Source: the human T2T-CHM13v2.0 reference genome, Homo sapiens. Taken from it: a DNA stretch of 64,000 bases. The position numbers and the translations under genes are program-made. Below are positions 13,225 to 30,319 of the stretch, one piece after another (within the stretch, counting starts at the first letter, position 1; each line of letters begins with the position of its first letter). The DNA lies in assembly GCF_009914755.1 (NCBI RefSeq), contig NC_060944.1; one strand, 5' to 3'. A model generated the notes under the pieces. That model was not told where the DNA came from and did no database searches. It saw only the letters and a program-made list of their open reading frames with translations.

Positions 13225-14212
13225 TCTGGGAGGAAGCGTTTTCTGGAATCTGGGGAGCAGAGTTCTATGGAGAGGGCTGTCTGCCAGGAACTGTGGTCTT
13301 CAGTAGGAAACAGGCAATTCATTGTAACCCCCCAGGGAAGGAGCTGGGGAGGAAACATTCTGACTTGATCTTCTGCCCCCCTATTCCTTACAGTACCTCC
13401 CACTGCCCAAATCCAACCAGGTATAAGAGGACGAGAGAGCTGGGGACGCAGTCACAGGGGCCAGCTTTGGGGCAGGGTAGAGAAGGGCAGAGACAGATAG
13501 AAACGTCCAGCCCAAGATCATTTTCCACCCCACCCAAGTCTTCATTTTAAAAAATTTCTTCGTGATTTTTATCCACATCCAGAAAAAAACCTCACTGAGG
13601 TAAGGATTGGAATTTTATACAATTGAAAAATTAATTTGGGAAAGATCGAAATTTTATGAAACTCAAAATTTCACAAATTTCAAACGATATAAAATTTTAA
13701 AAATCTAATGTCTTTTTCAAATTTGAAATTTGAAAGTACATGTCTTTCCACATATTCCTTTTATTTAGGCTTTTTTTTTATTCTCTAATTAAATCTTACA
13801 ATCATTTCCATATGGGTCTTGTAATTTTCTTGTTAAATTCCTTTGTATTTTATAGTTTTGATCACTGTTATAAATGAAATATTTTTCTGTGTTCATGCCT
13901 AACTGACTAGTCCTAATAAAAAGAAAGTTACTGGTGTCTTCATATTTAGTACATATTCAAGCAATCTATAAATTGCCATTTACAAAGATCAAAAACTCAT
14001 GTGAATACTATTTTGTAAGTAGGTTCTTTTGAATTTTCTATGTTTACAATTATATCATCTGCAAAAAAGAATAATTTTGAATATTTATACTACTTATTTT
14101 ATTTCCTTATATAATCGTATTAGCTACAAACTTTGAAAGGACAGTGTAGACGATAGCCATCCTGTCTTATTTCTTATTTTATTGGGCCTGATTCATGTTT
14201 CACAGTAAAATA

Positions 14213-14292
14213 CTAGGTTGGTGCAAAAGTAATTGTGATCTTTTCCATTAAAAGTAATGACAAGAACTGCAATTACTTTTGCACCAATCTAA
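14213..14292. mobile_element. MADE1 MITE, 80 bp, with TA TSD
   Basis: TA|CTAGGTTGGTGCAAAAGTAATTG...CAATTACTTTTGCACCAATCTAA|TA. Confidence 0.93.
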
Positions 14293-14745
14293 TAGTATGT
14301 CTACGGTTAGCTTGTACTACATATTTTTATTTTATTCATGTACCTTCTTTCTAGAAACAGCTGTAGAATTTTATCAAACGCTGCTCCAGCATTTTTCAAA
14401 TATAAAATCTGGCTTTTCTCACTTACTTTGCTGACGTAATGAATTCTGCCAGCTTTTTAAATGATGAGCCATTCTTGCCTCCCTGAAACACATGTTATTT
14501 GCTCATAATATATTATTCTTTTAATATGCCGCTGAATTATATTCGCTGACACTTTATTGAGATTTTTAGCATCTTTATTCATAAGTGAACATGATCTTTA
14601 TTCATAAGTGAACAATTAGTTTTCCTAATTGTATTAGGAATGACAAACCTTAGCATTAAGGTTGTTCTTTGTTTTGGATAAATGATTTGAGGAACTTTGC
14701 ATCAAGTTTTGTAGACTGAAGCACTTTAAATAATATTTTGGTAAA

Positions 14746-15088
<343 letters not shown>

Positions 15089-15627
15089 TAATAATGTTTC
15101 GCTCCTTCTTCTGGTTAGCTGTCTTTTTCTATTTCTCACCTCTTCTTGAGTCAATTTTGACCATTTATGTTTTGCTTAAAGATCGCTTATATTCCCTACA
15201 TTTTCCATGGTTTGCTTTGAAGTTCCGCAACTTTTTTCTTATAATTATGTTACTCCTTTCTATATTTGTAATTATATATCCTCTCTCATACTGACGCACA
15301 TGATTTCCTTTATTTTTCCTCACAAGGGATTTATCTAGGTCATTTTCCCCCTGCAAAGAACCGACTTTGGTTTTTTACTCCCAGCGTTTGGCTTTTTGCT
15401 TCCCGTATGGCAAGTTAGGAAGGGAATTTGGAGTCAAATGTCAGTTCTGCTGCTCACCAGCCAGGGACATCGGCAAATCATTTACTGACCTTGGTGAGCC
15501 TCCAGTTCTTATCTGTGAATAAGAACATGCCTCACTCCCAGGGTAGTGATGTAGTAAAAAATAAGAAAAAGCCTATAAAGCACCCAGCACAACTCCTGAC
15601 ACACATTAAGACCTCAGTGGTGTTAGT

Positions 15628-16109
15628 GGTATTACTCGGGGCTCTCCAGAGGAACAGAACCAATAGGAGTTATAAATATAGGCTCATGTGATTATAAAGC
15701 CTGGCAAGTCCCCAGATCTGCAAATTGAGTTACAAGCTGCAGGCCCAAGAGGAGAGAGCCAATGGTGTAGTTCCAGTCCAAAGGCCGGCAGGCTCATGAT
15801 CCAGGAGGAGCCGACACTTCAGTTCAAGTCCAAAGGCAGGAAAAAGCCAATGTCCAAGTTCAAACGCAGTCAGGCGTGAGGAATTCTCTCTTATTTCAGA
15901 GAGAGTCAGCCTTTTTTATTCTATTGAGACCCTCCACTGATTGGATGGGGCCTACCCACATTAGGGAGGGCCATCTGCTTTGCTCAGTCTACAGATTTAA
16001 ATGTAACTTCATTCAAAACTTCCTCACAGAAACACCCAGAATAATGTTTGATCAAATATCTAGGCACCCCTGGCCCAGTCAAGTTGGCACGTAAAATGAG
16101 CCATTACAA
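15628..16109 (-). mobile_element. MLT2 (MLT2B-like) ERVL solo LTR
   Basis: CTCTCCAGAGGAACAGAACCAATAGGA...GGCCCAGTCAAGTTGGCACGTAAAATGAGCCATTACA. Confidence 0.8.
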
Positions 16110-16311
16110 TATTCACCACACACGTCACCCAGCCCAGACTCTTTGCCCCCACAGGCACATGTGCCTCTCTACCTGAGCATCGCACATGCTTTATTTATTT
16201 TATTTGTATTCAATTTGTCTTATGTTATTATACTTGCTAGTTTGTTGTTAGTCTTCTCCCCTATAAATGGCCCTAGTGGAAGCACATGGCTTGGGATAAG
16301 AAACTGAGAGA

Positions 16312-18177
<1,866 letters not shown>

Positions 18178-18599
18178 GAAACTGGGAGAAGAATTTTAAA
18201 TTTATATGTAACTCATACACATCCATGAGCCCCTGTATTTAACAATCAATGTTTCATTTAAAGAAGCATAACCCAAGCAGACATATCAATCTTCCCTCAT
18301 AACTCTAACAAATATCAGATGTGGGCAGGCAGTATTTAGCCATTGATAACACTTATTATCAATTTCTTGTATTCTTCTATACTTCAGCACCCTGAAACTC
18401 TACCTCTCAGTTACTTTGTGCTGTTCCTATTACCGGCGTATGTGCCCCTCCTCCACTTTGATAAATCACTCAAGCAGCACTGTCTTTTCTCCTCTTTGGA
18501 AAGCAGAAGAACAAACAGGAGGGTATATTTTCCACCTCTTGATGACAGTATCCTTCAGAGTAAAACTAACAGAGGATAGCAGAGCCATGAGATTCTGTG

Positions 18600-19040
18600 G
18601 GCCTGAACCCTGCCCAGACGCCCTCCTACTCTGGCTCTAAGGCTGAGCATGTGACTCAGGCAGGTCCAATCAGCATAGTTTATTCCCCTGGCCCCAGGGA
18701 GCATTTCAGGGATGGACACATGACTCAGCCAATGCAATGAGACTCAATGCTTGGAATTTGTCTGGATTTACTAGGGAAAGAAAAGCTCTCTTTCCACTGG
18801 AGGGGTTAGGCCGGCAGGAAATAAGTCTGGAGCTACCAGAAGCATCTTCCCACCACAAGCCTACCTGAGAATAAAGTCAATGCAGAGGTAAACAGATCAG
18901 AGAGATAGAGTGAGAGCAAGTCCTTAGGATTAAGCACCTAGATCCAGCCAGGCCTGAAGCCCTTACCTCTGGATTTATCTGTTGTATGAACCACTACATA
19001 TCCATTTTAGTTGAGTTTCTATCACTTATAACTCACAGGG
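18600..19040 (+). mobile_element. MLT1 (J/K/L-like) MaLR LTR
   Basis: CATGTGACTCAGGCAGGTCCAATCAG..CACCTAGATCCAGCC..CCTGAAG. Confidence 0.7.
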
Positions 19041-20589
19041 ACCCAAGTAACTCTGAAGAGTAACCTATGAATTCATTGATAGTTGATTTTTTGACCCAGA
19101 GATCCCCTCTCTGTTTCCATAGCCTCCAATGTTTCCATTACCAGGTCCCTAATCCTGGTATACAGAAATTATCTCTTCTCTTGTCTGTCTTCTCCCAAAT
19201 ACTGCAGCTACTTGAGGCCAGAAACCTGGCTTTTTCATTTCTGTGTCCTCTAAGTCTAGTCTAGAATCCAGAACATACAGTTCCTGGGATCCTACAATGT
19301 GGTAAGTCCCTTCTTAACATTAATGCTTCCCGCCCCCTTAGGTATTGGGGATGGTAGGTATTGCCATCCTCAAGTTACAGGTTGGGAAACTGAGGCACAT
19401 AGTAAACATTTCTTAGGAACTTAATAGGTGACAGACTCCTGATTTGAACCCAGGCCTCTCTGACTTTAAAGCAGCATTTGATAAACACTTGTTGAATAAA
19501 TGAATAACCCCACAGGCTGACTTTGACATTCATCCTAATGAAACTTTAGCTTTAGTTCTTTCCCACAGATCTTGACGTTGGGGAGCCTTCAGAATTTTTC
19601 CAGAATGTACTGCACGCAGAACCTGGAACGTCTTGGGTAGCTGGTCCAAAGCTGACCAGGGGCCTCCTTCTCATTTTTTCTTCCGGGACTTCAATCTGCA
19701 GCCCCATGGCCTGCTGTTCTGAATAGCCGCCCCCTGCCCTAAACTCTGGGATGCCTTCCTAAAGCAGCTCTCAAGTTTTACTGTGTTTTGGGAGGTCTTC
19801 TTCCCGAATCCTCAGAGTCTTAATGCTACATTCCCCCCATCAAGGTCCCAGAAGACCTCAGCCTCTTTTCTCTGTCCCCACTCTTAACACTCCCCTGTCC
19901 CGAGTCCCATGCTCTCAGCTCCTGTTGGACGTCTTCCTCCTTCAAGTTCCTCAGGACACACTGAACCTGCTTCAATCCCCACCTCGGTACATGGCCTCTC
20001 ACGCCAAAGTCTGCACATGTCCTGTCATCCACCCAAAGCTCTCCTCCTCACCCCAAAGCCCTTGACCCTTGTAACCCCTACGCATCATGCAGACAGCTGG
20101 CCAAATACATCTCCACGGGGAATTCCCTGGGTACCCCCCACCCGGTACACCAGAATCCTCCGTTTTGTCTGCTCTTACTGTTCTGTACTTCTCTTTAATA
20201 TCCCCCAACACACCTGTAATGACCCACCTTTTGAGTGCCTGAACACCTCTAGACTGTGCACACCACGAGGACAAAGACATGTCGTGCTGGTTTCCAGCCA
20301 TATCCTCACCGTGCCCTGAACAAGCCTGACACACAGTGGAACTCCATAAATACTTACTGACCTACTGAATGAATAACATAAACTAATCTGTGCTCATATT
20401 TGGAGGATTCTGATGGGTTGATGATCAGCCCCTCTCAGATTACAAATTCATTTGCACTTCTCTGAGCAGAGCCCACACTTCCTGTTTGTCCAAAAATCCC
20501 TACGTAACCTTGGTTCTTTCTCCACTGAAAATCTCATCCTCTCCATGCCTTTAAAAGAATAATAAGGATAATAAAAGCAAAGATAATAA

Positions 20590-20790
20590 CACATGCCTGT
20601 GACTGCCAAGCAGTGTGCTAAGCACTTAGCACATTTCAGCCCATGCAATGTTCCCATAAACCCTAGAAAGTGGGCTACGGTCGTTGTCTCCATTTTACAG
20701 ACAAGGAGACTGAGGCTCAGAAAGATTAAGTCAGTTATTCAAGGACACACAGCCAGTAAGCAATGGAGCCAGACAGTCTAACCCCAGAAA
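20590..20790 (-). mobile_element. MIR
   Basis: CCATTTTACAGACAAGGAGACTGAGGCTCAGA core. Confidence 0.75.
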
Positions 20791-21135
20791 AACCTCATAT
20801 AACCACTAAACTATATAATAATAACTTCCCAACATTTTTTACTGTGACTCATAGTAAAAAATACTTTTTATATCATGACACAGTTCACACATATGCACTC
20901 ACCCACAAAAGACTGAAACAAAAGTTTCATGAAGCAATACTTAGTTTTATTATGTGCTATGCATTCTATTTCCTTAAAAATAAATGATGGTCATGATCCA
21001 AGGCAGTTAATAGGCTATACATTCCAGTAGGTTAAAATTAGGTATGTACCACATTTGAGTTTAGAGTACTGCTTTTTATTAGGGTTTAAATGAAAATACT
21101 TATTTGTATGTACAGATTATCTGCTGAAAGATACG

Positions 21136-21958
<823 letters not shown>

Positions 21959-22098
21959 ATTCCCAAGAAACTGGTAACAATATTGTCTCTGGGGAGGGGG
22001 AATAGTTACTTAGTTGAGGGATGGAGTAGGATGATAGAGAGTAAAAAGAGCCTACTGTTTGAATTTTGAACCACTTGAATGTATTATTTTTAGCATAA

Positions 22099-22470
<372 letters not shown>

Positions 22471-23163
22471 TGAAATTTTAATACCACAGATATACTCTAT
22501 CTCATTTTATGAAATGTATATCTGTGTTTTATATATAAAAAGAATATGTGTGTTTTTATGGCCCCAAGAATCAGCTTTTAACCCCTTGGGGGCCATACTC
22601 CCTCTGCCCCTGCCACACACACACACTGAGTATGCACAATTGGGGTAAAAAAAAAATCACATTATTTTATGTCTGAAGTACAGATATACATTCAGTACCT
22701 AAAGAGATATACAAAATATTTGTGGATTAAGATTTCATGGTGGGAGGTGATTAAGAAAAAAAAAAAGCCTAAAAAACCTCCTTAGGAGAGTAATAAATTT
22801 TAAAAGATTATAGAAGGTTGGGAAACTGTGATCTAAACAGGTGGTTTGGAATTGCCCAGTGGGGCCCACATAGAATCGGAAGTGTGGCAAATGTCACAGC
22901 AGGGATGGGTAGTGTCTTAGAGGGGCACTAGTGGGAAACAGGGACCTTGTCTCCCACTGGCCCTGAACATAGCGGGTAACCCAGAACCACACTGTCACTA
23001 AAGCCGACACCTCAAAGTGGCTCACTGATATGCTTATTTGAACCACTAAACTTTTTTTTAAGAATCTGGAAATTTCACATAAAATATGGACTTATGGCTC
23101 TCTTGAAAAATTCGAAGACCTAATGACACTGGAGCCACATTTCTGCATATTAACAATTAACAT

Positions 23164-23440
23164 AGCCGGGTATGGCAGCCCACACCTGTAATCCCAGCAC
23201 TTTCAGAGGCTGAGGCAGAGGGATCGCCTGAGGCCAGGAGTTTGAGACCACCCTGGCCAACATGGTGAGGCCCTATGTCTAAAAAATATTTTAAAAATTA
23301 GCAGGGTGTGGTGGTGCATGCCTGTGGTCCCAGCTACTAGGGAGACAGAGGTGAGAGGATCACTTGAGTCCAGGAGTTGGAGGTTATAGTAAGCCATCAC
23401 ACCATTGCACTCCAGCCTGGGTGACAGAGCAAGACTGAGG
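23164..23440 (+). mobile_element. AluJ with (GA)n-derived tail
   Basis: Diverged dimer. Confidence 0.9.
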
Positions 23441-23787
23441 AAGAGAGAGAGAGAGATAAGAAAGAAAGAGGCATATTTAACTTATTTACCTTCCCTCTCT
23501 GGCCCCAGCACTGGAGCAGAGCAGAAGGAAGGAACTATGGGATAGAATGCAATTTCTTTCCTATCCTTATATCTATTTATCAAGGAGACTTCAACAAACA
23601 ACAATAAAAACTTTATTGAACACTTGACTGTGCACCCGGTACTGTACTAAGAACTGAGTTTCGTTGTCTAGTCTAACTGTCCCCAGATCTCTCTGGAGTG
23701 TACATAATCATCTTCATTTTCCTGATCAGCAACCCCAGACTCAGAAAGGTAAAGTAACTTGCCCAAGGTCACACAGCAGTGGCACAC

Positions 23788-24390
23788 TTTAGTTATTATT
23801 TCTGTATAAAAACTACACCAAACTTAGTGACATAAAACAACCATTCCATTGTCCTCAAGTTTACTATGAGTTGGGGATTCAGAAGGGACATAGCGGGGAT
23901 GGCTTCTCTGTGCTCTGCAGTGTCTGGGACCTCACATGAGAAGACTTGAAGGCTAGAGATGAGTCAACAGCAAGAATCTAAAAATCACTCACAAATCTGG
24001 CACCTGAAAAAAGATGACTCTAACACTAAACTCAGCTGGGACTGCCAACTGACCAGATCACCTACACACGGCCTCCCCATCTGGCCACAGCCTCTCCATG
24101 TGCTTGGGCTTCCTCACAACATGGAAGCCTCAGGGCACTTCTTACATGATGGCTTAAACTCCAGCAAGAATGTTCCAGCAAACAAAAGGGAACAGCACTG
24201 CCTTTTCTGACCTAGCCTTGGAAGTCCCATAGTTAACTTCTGCCACATTCCACTGGTTACAAGCAAGTCACCCAGATTCAAAAGAAGGGGACATAGACCC
24301 CAACTCTAGACGGAAGGAGGCTCCATTGCAGAAGAGCACATGGAATGGAAGATATTGTTGCAGCCATCCTGCAAAATATGATCTGCCACA
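23788..24390 (-). mobile_element. MLT1 (F/G/H-like) LTR nested in a MIR
   Basis: AAACTTAGTGACATAAAACAAC..GGGCTTCCTCACAACATGG..GACCTAGCCTTGGAAGTC..ATCTGCCACA; MIR sequence resumes at 24391. Confidence 0.75.
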
Positions 24391-25494
24391 TGGCAGAACC
24401 AGGACACAAACTCAGGCAGATGGCTCCGGAGACACTGTTGTTAACCACTAACTACGTTCTACAGGTGGTTATGAGAATTAAGTGAGATAATACATGCAAA
24501 GTGCTCAGGACAGGGAATGGCACATCATATCAAATTCAATACATATTGCTTTCCTGACTTCATGCACTCTCTTTGCCTCTACACCTGTGCATAACCTCAC
24601 CTATGAAGTGCCTGGCTACATGCATCTGGAAACCTGGCATCCAGTGAGCTAACTCAGGAGAAAGACTGAACTCAGCCTACCCCCCACCATAGCTCTGGGT
24701 GAGAATTTCTCTGAGGACTCCGTGGAGGAGGCCTTGTCTCGCCCACTCTGTGGCTTGGCCATGTCTCTAAAACCCAGGCAGGGCCAGAGAGCTGTGCCCC
24801 AGCCCCAGCAGATGACCCAGGGGACTGAAGTTCAGAGTTGAAGAGTTCAGACCCTGCACAGTTCATGAATGTTCCTGGGCCCCAAAGAGTAACTGGAGAA
24901 ATTGTTTGTATCAGTGAGGAATGACTTAACTCTTGGCAAATCCTAGAAAACAGCCTTTCTTCCTGTTTCTAGAGGCCTTCCAAAGAAAAGAAACAGTTTA
25001 GATTTTGCTCAGCTCTGTGGTTGACTACGGACTCCCACCCCATGGGGGACCCATGGGTGAGGTCCCAGCTCCCAGGAGCAGGGGAGGGAGCATTCTGGGA
25101 GTGCAAACCAAACTATTTGGTTCTCTGGCCAATGGGGCCTCTAAGTTGGCTTCAGAGACCACTGAGGGATGGGAGTGTCATCAACACAGATCCCAGAATC
25201 TCTCCTCTAAGCTTTACCTTCCATTCAAGCCGGGCTGGGATCCTCACTACCCCAATTCGCCTCACCCCATTCCCTCCCACCGCCTGCCCTTTGCGAGTGT
25301 TGAGCCGCCCTCCTGGAACACCTTCCTTCCCATGGCCAAGCAAACTCATCTGCATTTTCAATACCCAGGTGGAGCTCTACCTCAACCATGAGAAATCTTC
25401 CCCGAAAACCATGGCTCAACAACAGTTTTATTTCTCTCCCTGAACTTGCAACGCAATTTACTTCTTCATTCATGAATGCAATAGGTTATTTTTA

Positions 25495-25870
25495 GGGAAG
25501 GCGTTCTCAAGGCCTTTGGCCTCATTACCTGCTTGACGCTCTTAAAAATTATAGAAGACCTCAAAGAGTTTTTGTTTATGTGGCTTTTGTCTGTTGCTTT
25601 TTACCATAATAGGAATTTACCCTGAGAAATTTTAAAACTATTTATTCATTCATTCACGTGAAAAGAACAAGAACAAACCCATTACATGTTAATATCAGGA
25701 GGATGACATCACCACATGTCATGAAGCCTCTGGAAAACCCCACTGCGCACTTGTGAGAGATGAGAGTTTGAAAAGGCAAATCACATCTTTTGTTATATCA
25801 AAACAAAAATAGCTTTGATCTCATGGATTCCCTGAAGGGTCCCCACAGATTATTTTGAGAATTACTGTCT
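25495..25870 (+). mobile_element. hAT-Charlie non-autonomous element
   Basis: CTCTTAAAAATTATAGAAGACCTCAAAGAG..GCCTCTGGAAAACCCCACTG..TTTGAGAATTACTG. Confidence 0.65.
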
Positions 25871-26106
25871 AAGGCTATTTAGAGGCACCAGGTTTTCTCT
25901 GTCTCTCTCTCATCTCTATCTCTTTCTCTCCCTTTTCTGATAACTTACTATCTCTGTCTCTATCTCAATCTTTGTCTGTCTCCACGTAAGCCTTCTTCTC
26001 TTTCATCCATCACTGACTTTTTGGTATAACTTTAGTATTTACTTTACTGGTACTTGTTAACATTTTAAAAAATTAAATAGATAAGGATAGGAAAGGAAAA
26101 GAAATT

Positions 26107-26395
<289 letters not shown>

Positions 26396-26908
26396 CAGCG
26401 TGCAAAGCACAGACTCTTAGTAAAGACTGTGCATATCACCATAAATATTTTTGTTATACATTGTTCCAGATACAGAGAAGGATGTAGATATAGGTGTAGA
26501 TATAAATATGAATGTGAATGTGGGTATGTATTTGTTATTATAGGCTGTGGTCAGAAGATTTTGAAAACAGTATAATAGAAGACCTTTTATGGAGATTTCT
26601 CAGGGTAAGACAATGTTTAGCAAAATGTGGGGCATTCTCTCCTAGTGGTATGGGAAACAATGTTTTGGTTGCATACTGCATATGCATATGATATTAAACA
26701 ACAATAGTATATTAACATCAACATTAAATAACATTAATAATCCCTGTTCAGTTGTCTTTCAGCTACTCTGATTACAACGAGGAGGAAGTCTCACTTGGTG
26801 AATAGGGTCTCTTTAACACTCTCTAATATTTGCTAATCTCCCTTGGTAATCGGGACAGACAAAGCCTGAAGTTCAGAGCTCTCAGCAGTCAGCAACGTCT
26901 CAGTGGGC

Positions 26909-26932
26909 TCCAAAACACTGTTTTGGATTCAA

Positions 26933-26968
<36 letters not shown>

Positions 26969-27420
26969 GATTTATATATATATATAGTATATATATTTAT
27001 ATCTATGAGTATATATATAAATCCAATACATATGATATCCAAATTCATATATATTAGATTTAGGTATCATATATATTTGATATGTATACTCATATATGAA
27101 TTCAAATATATATTTGATATGTAAATCCAAATGTATGTACACATATTAAAAAACCCTGTTTTGGATTCATATATATATACATATATATTTTTCTTAAGTA
27201 TCATATATACTTAAGTATTATATATACATATTTATGAATATATATATATATATATGAATCCAAAACAGGGTTTTTTTATGTGTCTATATATATATAATAT
27301 ATATTTATGGGTTCATATATATCATATATATGAATAAGAATATGGATTATAAGAATATGAAATAAGAATATGGATTCATATATATGAATCAATATATATT
27401 TATACATATGTACATATATA
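26909..27420. repeat. Complex (TA)n/(GA)n AT-rich region with inverted repeats
   Basis: (TA)n-(GA)n at 26934-26968; perfect 32-bp inverted arms at 27148-27179 and 27245-27276. Confidence 0.9.
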
Positions 27421-28799
27421 AAATGTTACAGTTGCTATTTACGTGTGGCAATGATGCTACGTTTCCATCATCTTAAGTAGAGATGTAACATTTCTTATTT
27501 AAGTAAGTTTATTGCAATAATCAAATGAGTTGCTGTAAAGAAATACTTAAGAAAATAATATCACAGGTGGTGTGTATATCTGGCAAAAAGTGTGAGATGA
27601 AGGTAGTTCCCAAGGGGTTAAGTTCCAGAAATACTCATGTTCTGGAATGAACACTCAATGGAGTCAGGCAAATGTGGATTCAAATTGGCCGCTCTGCCAC
27701 CCACTGTCTGTGACCTTGGGCAAGTGACTCAGCCAGTGTTGAGGACTCACTGCTCCTTTGGGCTCTGAGAGTTTTCAAGGATCAAAGACATCTGAGGTAA
27801 CACCAGATGACCTCAGGAGAAAGACCCCAATAACTCTGTCCCATACTCTCTGCTAAATAAACACTTTGTGGGCATGATCTCATGGCTCACTACAATCTTG
27901 AAATAAGGACCTTTTTTTTTTCTTCTACAGATGAGGAAAGAAAGGCTGAGAGAAAGGGCAATGACCTTGTCTTCCTCTTAATAAATGTCAACTTCTTTTT
28001 TTTTTTGAGATAGGGTCTCACTTTCCGTATTTGGAAAGTGCAGGAGCAGGGATTTGAACCCAAGTCCATCTGGGTGTGAATCTATTTTGTTTCTGGCTGC
28101 ATTTACCCATCTTCATGGGGACAGGAAGGGAAGGAGTGGCCACTCAGACACCACTCCCATCATCTCACCTCCTCTTTGTACCTCCTCTACTGATGCTACT
28201 AAGCATGGTAGGAAAAGTTGAGATTGTTTTAAGTACTCATGTTTTAGCCATAATTTACTTTTACTAGCTTTGTAATTAACACATGGGAAAAAAGCAGGTT
28301 TCCCCTGCTAAGTCCAAGAGACTAGGAAGATCAATGAAGTCATTGTCATTGAGTTAAATATTAAGAGGCTGATTTGTAAATTCAAACTCAAGTTTGCATT
28401 TTAAAAATATACCGTTGAATTAAATTTTATGAGGACAAGTTGTAGAATATGCATAATTTTTTTCTGATAGAAAAAATCCATCTACCCAGCTTATATTTAT
28501 ATTTTAGTTTTCAAAGTCTGACTTGTAAACACTCAACAGTTTTCACCCATATTTCGATAATCAAATGTAATGGTTGGCACAGGGCTTTGTAGTTTGAAAT
28601 ACTTGGGTCAACAATTCTACATTTCTTTCTCTTAACATGCTATTAAAATGCATGGCTTCTGATCACAAATTTACTTTCATTCAAGACTGAATTGAACAAT
28701 TTCAGAATCATAATTTTAACTGTTCCCAACTGATCAATGGTCTTAGTTTCAATTTCAAATTCCCCCAGGGAACGATCGTCGCTGGGCATAGCTTTTATG

Positions 28800-29560
28800 C
28801 AGGGTCATCTTATGGGGGAGGAGCATTCAGGCAGAGGGGACAGGAAGGATGAGGATCTAGAGATAAGAGTGACCCTCCTTAAGTGTCTGAGGGGCAGCAA
28901 GGAGGGAGCAGAACAAGATGAGTTCAGGGAGGTGATGGGAGTAGGGAAAGAAAGATCATTTGAGGCTCGTTCTCCATTGTCAGGACTTTGGATTTTTATT
29001 CTGAATAACACCAGAAGCAGTTGGGGGGTTCTGGGCAAAGAAACAGCATGTTCTTTCTCACCTTGAATAGGATCCCTCAGAAAGCTGAGTTGAAAATGGA
29101 TGATAGTGGGGGAAGAGTGAGGACTGTATCCGATAAGCCATGTGAGCGATTATGCTGGCTCGGGTCAGGGTGGGGGTCCTGGGAGTGGTAAGAAGGCCAG
29201 GATTGGATGGTGGATTAAAGTGATGTGAGTGTGGGGAAAAGGGAGGAGCCAAGAATGATGGCAAAGTGTTTAGTCTGAGTCACTGAAAGAGTTGGCTTTT
29301 ATTAAGAGGAAGACCAAGGGAGGAGTGTGTGTGTGCGCACTCATGCATGTGTGAGTATGAGTGTGTGTGAGTGTGAAAGTGTGTGTTTATGTGAGTGTGA
29401 GTATGAGTATGTGTGAGTGAGTGTGTGTGTGTGTGTGACCATGAGTTAACTTGGGCTGTGTGGAGTTTGAAATGACCATTTGGACACCCAATGGGAGATG
29501 TTAACTAGATGACAGGGACACAGCCCGGAATGCAGGGAAAGTAAACCCTGAGAGCCGTTG
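28800..29560 (-). mobile_element. L2 remnant containing a compound (TG)n repeat
   Basis: GGACTTTGGATTTTTATTCTGA, GAGTTTGAAATG..TGGACACCCAATGGGAGATG; (TG/TGAG)n at 29325-29437. Confidence 0.7.
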
Positions 29561-29689
29561 TAGTAGAAATTATATCCAAAGTTCCAGAAGTGATTGCTGA
29601 ATGGCTAAAGGTTGCTGAGGGAAGGAAAGCTTTTCACTAAAAGGCAATTTGAACATTAACATGTTATTGCTTCTCAAGAAATTAAAAGA

Positions 29690-29995
29690 GGCCGGGCGCA
29701 GTGGCTCATGCCTGTAACCCCAACAGTTTGGGAGGCCGAGGCAGGCGGATCACTTGAGGTAAGGAGTTCGAGACAAGCCTGGGCAACATGGAAAAACCCC
29801 GGCTCTACAAAAAATACAGAAATTAGCTGGGTGGGTGGGGTGGGGCACGCTCCTGTAATCCCAGCTACTCGGGAGGCTGAAGCAGAATAGCTTGGACCCA
29901 GGAGGCAGAGTTTGCCGTGAGCCAAGATTGTGCCACTGCACTCTAGCCTGGGCAACAGAGCGACACTCTGTCTCAAAAGAAAAAAAAGAAGAAGA
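29690..29995 (+). mobile_element. Alu (S/J)
   Basis: Full dimer. Confidence 0.93.
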
Positions 29996-30319
29996 AAGAA
30001 AGGAATTAAAGGGGTCTTCTCAGGCCAGGCAAAGACAAAGTGGAGCCCAGGGGATATCGCCCCACTCCACTGGGACCCTAGCCTGAGAGCAGGGATTGTA
30101 CACAGGCATCTAAACTAGGGCAAAACACCTGGTCTGGTTACAAAATTACACCCAATATGTCTTTCAGAACTGTAACCCAGGCACAAGCCTCTGCCTCTTC
30201 TTTAAAGTATTTTCCCCTGACTCTGCCTGCTTCCTGCTTTTATGCTCCTCTCTACCTCTTTGTTGCAGGGGGCCCCAGTCAAAAGAGCTCACCTCACCTC
30301 TCCTGATAGATTGCTTAAT

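Noticed and set aside
13041-13550. 169-aa ORF, the longest in the window
   Set aside because: Runs across MER63A and LTR-like remnants, starts at a non-ATG codon and resembles no protein I know
27992-28024. T-tract plus GAGATAGGGTCTCACT inside a MIR, a possible ultra-short Alu insertion
   Set aside because: Too short, and no clear TSD
28200-28780. AT-rich stretch suspected of being a transposase or exon remnant
   Set aside because: Partial translation by eye gave stops and no recognisable motif; cannot be assigned without a search
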